DNA of 63,001 bases, the filler included, from Salisapilia sapeloensis CBS 127946 (taxonomy: Eukaryota > Protista > Oomycota): assembly GCA_023334545.1 (NCBI GenBank). It is 12 parts of 12 records of this genome, joined end to end, with 100 filler letters (N's around TTAATTAATTAA, not from the genome) between each part and the next. Parts side by side here need not be neighbours in the genome. Positions count along the whole stretch, not along the records: positions 12,598 to 31,360 come from JAADVB010000317.1; positions 31,461 to 34,786 come from JAADVB010000765.1; 10 more parts are not named here. One strand, 5' to 3'. Below are positions 22,478 through 31,538 of this stretch, piece by piece (within the stretch, counting starts at the first letter, position 1; each line of letters opens with the position of its first letter). Under the pieces are notes generated by a model. It had not been told where the DNA came from. It ran no database searches and saw only the letters and a list, made by a program, of their open reading frames with translations. The translations under genes and the position numbers were made by a program.

Positions 22478-23773
22478 TTACTTGGAAAGTAAAAAGCCGA
22501 TGCCAACACGACCACAGTCGTTGTTAGCATCAAATTCGGATGTCGTCCTGCTGCTTTCTTCGGAATCTCCATCTTCAATATTTTCAATCTCTCGATTGCG
22601 TCCCTCAGCAGTAATAATAGCGTCACTATGGACTGTATGCTGAGCAGTAGACGTACTCGATCGAGATTCAGAAGAGAGGCTTGATGTGGTATCTCCCTCT
22701 TCAGAGCCATTCTGCGTGTCACTCGATTCGTAATTTGGAAGTATGCTTCCTTCATGCACAAATCGTATCTCCTCCAATATCTGCGCTACATCCGGCAGGC
22801 GATTTTCCAAGATGCTACTAAACCCTGTCAAGAGATCCGTAAAGACATCGTGTCGAATAATTTCGCCGTCCGAGTTTAGAAAGAGTACCGTGCGAGTTGG
22901 GCAGATGAGTTTGGCTCCAACAATATCCTCCATCAGCTCTCTCTTTTGGACGATGCGAGGAAACACGGCTGCAATGGCCTCAACAGTTACCATTCCTTCA
23001 AATTCTCCGTGGCATCGGACAATTGCACCTTCTTCCAAGTTGGACACTAGTTCAAACCCTGTCGTTTCGACACGACTGACATTGAATAACTGCTTGTACC
23101 GGCGCCATTGATCATAGTATGCAGATCGACCAGTTAGCTCCGTGCTAACTTGCACGTCAGGAGCGAGACAGCTATCGAGAAAAGCTCTCGTCGAGACATC
23201 CCACTCTTGATAGCCGTGTCGGAAGTGTTCGAAGAATTTTTTTACACGCGACAGGATTTGCGGTCCACGTTGCTCGCGCGTATGAATCTGATGCGTGGAA
23301 TAGATACCCTTTAAGCTTTCGTACTCATAAATCTGCTTCTTCAGGTTGTGGACATCCAGCGCCAGGTTGTATATTTTCGAGTCGCATTCTTCGCGCTCTT
23401 GTTTTTCTGTTTTCTGACTTTTCGTCGGCCGTCCGCTTTTTTTCCGTGGTGGAAACTTGGGAAGGTCGGCGTTGCCTGGCGAGTACGAGTTGCCTGGTGA
23501 GTTGGAAGAGTTAGAAGACGAGCCAGAAGATGATTGCTTCGAGGAAGGCTTTTTCTTGGAGAGCAGGAGCTTGAGGTTCTCAAAGTTGCGAACCTCTTGT
23601 TGGAGGTTGTTGACATCCAAGGTCAAGTTGTATATTTTGGAGTCGTAAAAGTGTCGTTCATCTTTCTCGGCTTGCTGGCGTTTCGTGAGCCTGCGGCTTT
23701 TCTTGCGCGGCGCAAAGTCCGCCAAGTCAGACGAATGGACGCGAGAAGAATTGGATGGGCGCTCCATGGACAA
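22478..23773 (-). CDS. Oomycete bZIP-like transcription factor with two basic-zipper modules (431 aa)
   Basis: Two copies of F.PRKKS.R.TK.Q..EK.ER...DSKIYNL.LDV.NL, followed by the family-type C-terminal domain (FFEHFRHG...FLDSCLAPDV...DQW...GMVTVEAIAAVFP). Confidence 0.7.
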   Translation of the reverse strand: MSMERPSNSSRVHSSDLADFAPRKKSRRLTKRQQAEKDERHFYDSKIYNLTLDVNNLQQEVRNFENLKLLLSKKKPSSKQSSSGSSSNSSNSPGNSYSPGNADLPKFPPRKKSGRPTKSQKTEKQEREECDSKIYNLALDVHNLKKQIYEYESLKGIYSTHQIHTREQRGPQILSRVKKFFEHFRHGYQEWDVSTRAFLDSCLAPDVQVSTELTGRSAYYDQWRRYKQLFNVSRVETTGFELVSNLEEGAIVRCHGEFEGMVTVEAIAAVFPRIVQKRELMEDIVGAKLICPTRTVLFLNSDGEIIRHDVFTDLLTGFSSILENRLPDVAQILEEIRFVHEGSILPNYESSDTQNGSEEGDTTSSLSSESRSSTSTAQHTVHSDAIITAEGRNREIENIEDGDSEESSRTTSEFDANNDCGRVGIGFLLSK

Positions 23774-24213
23774 TGTGTGCGTGTGGACTTGTTTTTAAAT
23801 GACGTATTTCCTATGCCCGAGGTGCATCAAGGGCATATACTATTGCAGCACTATTGCATCGGTGTGAAAGACACGCATTTTCCACGGTTGCATAGAGAAG
23901 CGTATTTTGGTCTCTTTTTTGGACTGATTTTTCACGTCCAAGCAAATGTACAGTCGCTTCCTATAGCTCAAGTGCAAGCTATACTATAAAAATAGCATCT
24001 GATCGAAGATAAGTCAACGGATATTTTCTGTAAATACTCGAATCAAGTGTCAATGTATGAAAGGTAGTTTACATGCAAACTATCTCACACGCACGTAAGT
24101 GGAAGTCGAGCGAGCAACTACGTACCTCCTGATATCCTGCATAATTACCCTCAAATGACGGCGTTCCGGAAAATAATGCCAAACGCCCACGATTCCCAGA
24201 AGAAAGTTTCGCA

Positions 24214-26289
24214 ATGGGATCCGACAGCGAGCGATCGGGCTGGAATAAATTTCTGCATTCGGCTCGCTTCTCACCGCCGTGGAGCAAATCCGGTACGCAG
24301 AGTGCACCCGCAAGCACACCGACAACTTCCGAAAGTACTGAAAAGCACCACCGTTGGGGTCCATCATCCTTGAAAATGTCTAATAAGGAAGAGGACGTCA
24401 TGAAGTTTGCACAAGGACAGCTATCGTCCTCCCAGCAACGAGGCCTCGCAGGCTTAGTGGCATGCCTTCTACCGAATGTCTATGACGGCTCACCGGATCA
24501 GCACTGGACCAAAGGCTACCTCCAATTGGTGGTCGAAAAGTTCCTCGAACTACCTGCTTCTCAGTCTGAGGCGTACATGCCGATCGTATCCGCTCGCCAA
24601 GAAGCATTGCAGAACCAGAACGAAGACAAGGAACCGGTTGAAAGTGAAAACCCTGATCCGTCTCCATTCCTCGCGCTGCTGGTGCCAGAGTCGGAGTCCG
24701 AGCAGAATTCAGAAGATATTCATGCCTTTCGGTATAAGATAGTTAAAGATTTGCTTTGGTTTAGCGTCAAGGCCTTTGGCTATGACGCTCGTACACGTAC
24801 TCTGTTGCGCCACCTCACATCGACGATGGAAATTAACTGGGAGCACATGACCAATGAGGAAAAAAACATCGGGCGGACGCTGTACGCCGAGGCTGCGGCC
24901 ATGCCAACGGACCAGAAACCCACAAAGGCGCATAGTCTAAAGGATTGGAAGCGAAACATTGCTATTGGAGCTGCTGCCGTGACAGGAGGTGCTCTCCTAG
25001 CTGTCACTGGCGGACTGGCAGCTCCTGCTATTGCCGCTAGTCTCTCTGCCCTTGGGGGTGCTGGCGTTGCCATTGGCACTGTCATCGGCAGCAGCGCCGG
25101 TGTGACTGCGACGACGATCCTGTTCGGCACGGCTGGAGCTGGTGTCGTGGGCATGAAGACCGACGCCCGTACGCGTGGTGTCCATGCCTTTTCATTCGAC
25201 CTAGTCTCGACGGGAGACGGCATGACGGTCTATCTGTGTGTGACTGGATGGTTGGATGAAGACGATCCACCTGGTAAACTCGGCTTCCGACGTGCGTGGG
25301 GCGACAGTCGCGAGTACTTGAAAGCTTTTTATCGGAAGACGAATCCAGAGAAAGTGGACAACGTAGACCAGATGTTGGATCGATACAAGGGTCGAGAGAG
25401 TGAGCTCTTTGGTATTCTGAGAGATACGTACGAGATCCAAGAAGGCTCGATCGACAAAGATCCACTCGGCATGGGCGGGACATACTCGGAAGCAGCCCCG
25501 GATGAACACGAGACGACGCTAGAGTCCAAGGAGGATGCAAAGGAAATGGCGAAAAAGGTGGAAGGCAAGAACAAGGAGAGTAACGAGCAAGCGGAGGCAA
25601 TGCGTGCGTGGCGATGGAAAGACCGGTTCCCACAGGGAGACCAGTACTGTGTCAATTGGGAAGAAGACAAGTTGCGAAAGTTTGGCAAGAGCATGCGGTC
25701 GTTTGCAAAGGAGCAAATGATCTCGTTCGCCAACGGAGAGCTCGTCAAGTACACGGCGTTGGCAGCTCTCTTTGCAGCTGTGTCCATCCCTCGAACCATC
25801 ATGAAGGTTGCGGATATGATTGACAACATCTGGGCTATGGTCATGAGCGATGCAGACGAATCTGGAAAACTGTTGGCGTCCGCCTTGCGCCGACGAGAGC
25901 AAGGACTACGACCTGTGACCTTGATAGGGTATGGCATGGGAGCTCGAATGATCTTTGCTTGTTTGAAAGACTTGGCCGAGAATCCAGAAGAGTGCAGCGG
26001 TGTCGTTGAAAACGTCGTGATGCTCGGATCGCCCGTCCCGGTGGATGTGGAAGCGTGGGGGAAAGCGAGGCGGATGGTGTCCGGTCGACTGATCAACGGG
26101 TACTCTGAGAACGACTGGATGCTGGGGATCATGTATCGCTACCAAGGCTGGGCTCTGCACTCTGCCGGCATTTCTGCGATCGAAGTGGACGGAGTGGAGA
26201 ACGTCAACTTGTCGGAAGTTATCCATGGCCACTATGAGTACAAGAACAAGATTGGTGTCATCCTCGATAAATTAAATCTGGAGGCATAA
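24214..26289 (+). CDS. TMCO4: DUF726 / TMCO4-family membrane alpha/beta-hydrolase-fold protein
   Basis: AIGAAAVTGGALLAVTGGLAAPAIAA TM region, LCVTGWL, YCVNWE, RPVTLIGYGMGAR, VENVVMLGSP, GRLINGYSENDWML, HYEY. The true start may be a downstream ATG (e.g. 24376). Confidence 0.88.
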   Translation: MGSDSERSGWNKFLHSARFSPPWSKSGTQSAPASTPTTSESTEKHHRWGPSSLKMSNKEEDVMKFAQGQLSSSQQRGLAGLVACLLPNVYDGSPDQHWTKGYLQLVVEKFLELPASQSEAYMPIVSARQEALQNQNEDKEPVESENPDPSPFLALLVPESESEQNSEDIHAFRYKIVKDLLWFSVKAFGYDARTRTLLRHLTSTMEINWEHMTNEEKNIGRTLYAEAAAMPTDQKPTKAHSLKDWKRNIAIGAAAVTGGALLAVTGGLAAPAIAASLSALGGAGVAIGTVIGSSAGVTATTILFGTAGAGVVGMKTDARTRGVHAFSFDLVSTGDGMTVYLCVTGWLDEDDPPGKLGFRRAWGDSREYLKAFYRKTNPEKVDNVDQMLDRYKGRESELFGILRDTYEIQEGSIDKDPLGMGGTYSEAAPDEHETTLESKEDAKEMAKKVEGKNKESNEQAEAMRAWRWKDRFPQGDQYCVNWEEDKLRKFGKSMRSFAKEQMISFANGELVKYTALAALFAAVSIPRTIMKVADMIDNIWAMVMSDADESGKLLASALRRREQGLRPVTLIGYGMGARMIFACLKDLAENPEECSGVVENVVMLGSPVPVDVEAWGKARRMVSGRLINGYSENDWMLGIMYRYQGWALHSAGISAIEVDGVENVNLSEVIHGHYEYKNKIGVILDKLNLEA

Positions 26290-26658
26290 TTTAGACAGAT
26301 GCGCATGGAAATGATATCTGAATCCATACCCACTCTGTGCGTGGCTGCATAAGAAAGAATATAATGGGACTTTTGTAGTTCTTCAGTAGATCGGACGCAT
26401 ATGACTGAGAGCTTTGTATGCTGGTCGTGCATGACGTTCTATCGGCGCGTATGACTATTACTTTACGTCAAGCGTACCTTTTCTTTGTATGCTGCTTTAC
26501 GTTAGTTCTGAGAGAATGTGGTAGGATTGCTAGCGTAGCTCATTAGCCGTAAGCAAGACTTAATCTGTTGGAGTTTGACATATAGCGTTGTATTTCGCAT
26601 TTTAGGTGGAAGTTATTGGAAATGCTATTCTATCACGAAACGGTCATAGGAGTGGAGA

Positions 26659-27413
26659 ATGGAGAAGAGCTATAATCAACTTCTGGATGATCTCATATCC
26701 ATTTCATACAAGAATCCGAACGAGTGTCTGGAGGAAACGGCACTCAGGTATGTACTGGACGATGATCATGACAGCTTGAAGGTACTCTTAGAAGAATCAC
26801 CGCAATTCCGAGTAAATGGCAGGAACACAATTTCTGGACGGTCATTGCTGCATGAAGCGTGCCTTCATGGACGCAAGAATGTTGTCAAGCTCCTACTTAC
26901 CAATGAAGATGTGAACATTCATATACCTTCATGCATGGTTGGACTTGTACGATTTAAACATGTATGTTATCTAAATCATGGCTTCTATGCACTAATAGGG
27001 CCGTTGCTCCGCACTTCACTTTGCCGTAAGTGGGAATCATCGATCGATTGTGTTTCTCCTCCTAACACACGGAGCAAACGAGCTGTATCGAGATCGGTTT
27101 GGATGCTCTCCGTTGCATTACGTTCGTTCGATTAACGTAGCGAGAGTAATATTCCAATATGGTGGTCAAGTGCTAGATTACAGCCATGTAATAAGTATAT
27201 TCAATGACTTGCACATGCTTTATTGCTAACTTTTTAAGTACTACCACTTAGAAACGAAAGTCAGTCCTCGATAGTGTTATGGATCGGATAGCAACGGAAC
27301 ATGAAACTAAGGATAACAATTCGAAGGAATTGGTCACTTATTTAAAGAAAAGGGCTGATCACGAGTACAGACAGCAACTTCGAAAAGTAAACAAGCGACC
27401 AGCAATAAAGTGA
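26659..27413 (+). CDS. Ankyrin-repeat protein (209 aa, 3 exons)
   Basis: Exons 26659-26937, 26999-27187, 27252-27413 (introns 61 and 64 nt). Repeats GRSLLHEACLHGRKNVVKLLL, GRCSALHFAVSGNHRSIVFLLLTHGAN, GCSPLHY. Confidence 0.8.
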
Positions 27414-27431
27414 ATGAAAGAATGCTTCGAT

Positions 27432-29621
27432 TTACTTTGCGTCGGGTTCCTCGAGCACGATATCATTGCTCTCCCTCGACATGTTCTTGAGTCTTTTCAT
27501 CGCCAATCCTGTAAGATAGCGACGGCTTACAGGGTTGAGTAGTATCTCTGGAGGTGGTTCTGGCAAATCTGCTGGCTGCTTTTCATCTACTTTTCTTAAT
27601 AAATTCCCTTCCAGAAGCAGCTTTCGAAGGTAAGCATTGCTTTTCTTTTCAGAGGCTGTCTCCAATGATGGCAATTTACCAGAAGAAAGTTTTGTTTCCG
27701 CAGGTGGCATCAAGGCACTCAGATCTGTCGTTTGTACTTCTGAGTAGGAATCTTTCTTCGCATCATATTTGATATCGTCGGAAGCAGTGATATCCTTTAC
27801 ATCTCGAGACTTTGATGATTTCCTTCTCCTCTTTTCTAGCTTTTCTTTTCGCCGTTTTTCTTTCCTATTGCGGAGATCCTCCTTCCGACGAGCTTTCTCG
27901 AGCTCCAGCACAAGTTCCAGCCGTCCACGCTCCTCTTCATGTTCTTTGGATATACGCTTAAGTTCATTTTCGAGCCCGTGCTACATGGTAACTTTAGTGT
28001 TGATCGATACGGACTTTTGCAGCAATAATACAACGTACAAACTGGACTAGACTAATATCAACCAAGCCCTCGATAGCTGCTGAAAACTCATCAAATGTCT
28101 TCTCAGTCACAGAGGTGTTCGATTCTTCTTTCTCATTATCTGGTAACTTGGACTCAGCCCGGTGACCGTTTTCGCCATCTTTACATTCTGCCCAACCTAG
28201 ATTGTCATCTTCGGCTTTATACTCTGTCCAAGTCGAGTTATTTTCTTCACATGTTGTATCATAAGATTCGTACTGGGATACAGGCCACTGATACTCTTGA
28301 TTGATATCATAATATCCAACTGACGGTGCTTCCCAAACACTCTCGTTCGTCGATGAGCAAACGTAATAGTATGATTGACTTGCTTCATCCCAGTGCTGTA
28401 CCCAGTACACGTCATCATGTATAGCTTCTCTATCACCATCGAAATGGCTTCGCAAGCGAGTTTGCACACGAAGTATTTCCGATTCAAGTAGCAACCACTC
28501 CAGTATTAAAGGTACGATGGGTGCATCGTCAGCATCGATCTGGCAAAAGATGTATTTGCCTATTTCCTTCTCTTTCACCACGAGATCTTCACCATAATGC
28601 ACCTTTTCCTTTAAAAACAGATACCTGACACAATAGAGGTTACCATAAAAGCATATAAATTTGTGCGTACAAAGTACTTACAAGCAGTCCAGTTGGTCTC
28701 GACTGACGTTTTCAAACGCAAAGCACTTTTGTTTGACGGAAGTGACTCGGTCCTGCAGAGTATCAAGCTGCGCGAAAAGAGATACAAGGTTTTCTTCACT
28801 ATCTACTTCATCCAATCCTTCGGAAGACTCCAAATCAAGTAGATGGTGCTTAAGTGTCACGTTGGCATCAGCTATTCGTTGCGCTACAAGCAGATCTACT
28901 TTCAAACGCTGCATGCGCGCTATCAAACAACGAGAAGTAAACATGCACGAACGATTATTTCACGCACCTCTTTGATAAGATTATGCCGTAGCTCGTCATC
29001 AACTGGCGTTACATCGTTCATATCCAATCTAGTATCCAGCGAGCTGTCTACTGCCGGTGACTCCAAGCATACACTTTGATCGCACATTTGGACCATTGCT
29101 TCTGCCCATGGCACCCAGCTCTCCTCTTCTTCCTCTAACTCTCCTCGTGACTGAGCATCAAGAATCGAGCGAGCTATGACCTCTTGTAGTTCCCACTCTG
29201 AAATTTCAGAAGAGCCAGGTGATAACGATGCCTGTCGACTGGCTGTGAATTGAGATATTTTGTCACGAAATGCTTCGTAGTCATCGTATGTAAGCAGCAT
29301 CTGCAGTAAATGCTTGTTGCGAGAAGTGTCTCCGTTGTAGTTTGTACGTGCATCCAAAAGCGAGAGCAAATCGTCTGGACGGCATCCTAGTTCCTGGACG
29401 ACATTTTCCAGCATGCGCTCGACGATATCCCGATATGCAGTGAAGGCGTCAAATTGTTGGATCGAGTACCCATTACCTTTCGCCAGCATATCGCTTCGTT
29501 CAGGCGAAAAGTCATCTACGAACAGGCTACAGTGATCTTGTAAAAACGCTTCGATCTCGTTCTTCCAAGTATCGCTCCGCATGAACTCTGTCACGCCGTC
29601 GATCAGAAAGTCCTTGCTCAT
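27432..29621 (-). CDS. BART (ARL2/ARL3-binding)-like domain + WW domain + coiled-coil protein (671 aa, 4 exons)
   Basis: Exons 29621-28968, 28908-28682, 28624-28039, 27980-27432 (introns 59/57/58 nt) sum to 2016 nt in frame. N-terminal W..EIEAFLQDHCSLF...YRDIVERMLENVVQELG resembles BART; WW motif WVQHWDEASQSYYYVCSSTNESVWEAP. Confidence 0.72.
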
Positions 29622-29932
29622 GTCTCCGGACCAGACACCGACTCAAATCTCACTGATCGTTTCATCAAAAGAATTCGGATCAATTTTGCAAGATATGTAG
29701 GAGCTGTATGGACTGTCTGTACCTTTTTGTGTGACAAAGAGTGATACATTGATTTTTTAACTTTTTGGAACCCAGCTGTCTGGACCCGCCACAGCGGACT
29801 GTCTATGTTTTCCAGATGGAACTTTTACAAAATGTTAAGTCGACACATCTGCAGATCCGAGTTATCCGGTCCTATCTCTAGCATTCATCATTTCCGATTT
29901 TCCTCTATAATACGCTGCACCAAGTCAAGAAA

Positions 29933-31360
29933 ATGATCTTTAGTTCACCTCACGCCCCCGTCGATATACCAAAAAACGTTACGATTTGGGATTACTTTGA
30001 GAGCGCTGGAAACGAAATTCCCAATGCTCCGCAGTACATCGATGGCCTCACGGATCGCACCATCACGTACGGCCAAGCTCTGGAAGATGCCAAGGCTATG
30101 GTGGCTGGTTTCCTCGCAGACGGAATCCGCAAGGGAGATGTACGTTTCTATATATGACCGCCTTATGTGATGATGTACTGATGTGTGGTGCTTGTAGGTG
30201 GTGATTCTTCACTCGTTTAACATTATCGAGTACCCGATCATCTACTTGGCACTCAGTCGCATGGGTGCCATCTGCTCTCCGTCCTCTCCAATGTTTAGTG
30301 ACGAAGAGCTCGCCGTGCAAATCCGCATCTCTGGGGTACTTTGATTATCTTTACTTGGTTCAAGTCAAATGAATGACGGAACATGCTGTAGGCGAGTGCG
30401 ATTGTTTCCCACAAGAAGCTGAGCAAGGCTGCTGTTGGTGCCGCCAAGTTGACCAACATCCCAGCCAGCCGTATCTACACGGTTGGTCAAGCAGAGGAAG
30501 GTGTCCGTGGACTTGCATCCATCGAGTACGTCATTGCAACTTTACTCGTAGTACTATCACTTGGACGTTTATGCTAACAATGTTGGTACGAGCAGAGAGA
30601 TTGTCTCCAGAAAGCTTCCATTCCCCAACCTTCCGGCTATCGATCCTAAGGCTGTCGCTGTCCTTCCGTTCTCTAGTGGTACATCTGGTCGTCCAAAGGT
30701 ACGAACAGCAAACTCTTTCGCTATCCTTATCAGCATGCTTACAACAAACATGTATAGGGTGTCGAGCTTACCGGTAAAGCCCTCTTGTCCGTCTCTCTTG
30801 CATCTGCAGCACTCGATGATGGAAACGAATGCGCACTCAACATCCTTCCCTACTTCCACATCTTCGCCATCATGATCTTCCACACCGCCATTGTTCTTCG
30901 CATCAAATCCGTCGTCGTACCAAGCTTTGAACCGGAGAGCTTCTTGGGGCTGATCCAAAAGTACAGACCGCGAGACATTGCCGCCGTTCCTCCTATCGTT
31001 GCGTTCTTGGCTAAGGACCCTCGCGTCGATAAATATGACTTGTCATCGCTCAAGAACATTGGCTGCGGTGCTGCACCTCTCGGAAAAGAACTTCATGAAA
31101 TGACCGTTAAGCGCTTGAACGTTTCTGTTCGTCAAGGCTACGGCATGACTGAGTTCTGCGCGGCTTTGACGTCGTCACCTCATGGAAACCAGAAGCCAGG
31201 ATCTAGTGGTCAATTGGTCCCGAACGCGGAGCTGAAGATCAAGGATCTTGACACGGACGAAGACCTAGGTGTCAACAAGTCTGGTGAGCTCCTCTTCCGA
31301 TCTCCTCAGGCCATGAACCGATACTTGGGTGATGAGGAAGCCAACAAACGAGTCTTCGCC
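29933..31360 (+). CDS. 4CL-like acyl-CoA synthetase, copy B (3' end cut by spacer)
   Basis: Exons 29933-30139, 30198-30335, 30392-30525, 30596-30698, 30758-31360; the same four intron positions as copy A. Motifs LPFSSGTSGRPKGV and GYGMTE. Confidence 0.92.
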
Positions 31361-31538
31361 NNNNNNNNNNNNNNNNNNNNNNNNNNNNNNNNNNNNNNNN
31401 NNNNTTAATTAATTAANNNNNNNNNNNNNNNNNNNNNNNNNNNNNNNNNNNNNNNNNNNNACTTGATTTTCTTTTATTATGTCGAACAGCATACATCTTC
31501 ACTTCCAGTTTTGCTTCGAATCGATGGCCCCAACTCCA

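Noticed and set aside
24709-26232. Several long minus-strand ORFs opposite TMCO4 (up to 267 aa), and similar ones opposite the 4CL-like, Myb and kinase genes
   Set aside because: Typical antisense shadows of GC-rich coding sequence with no motifs of their own.
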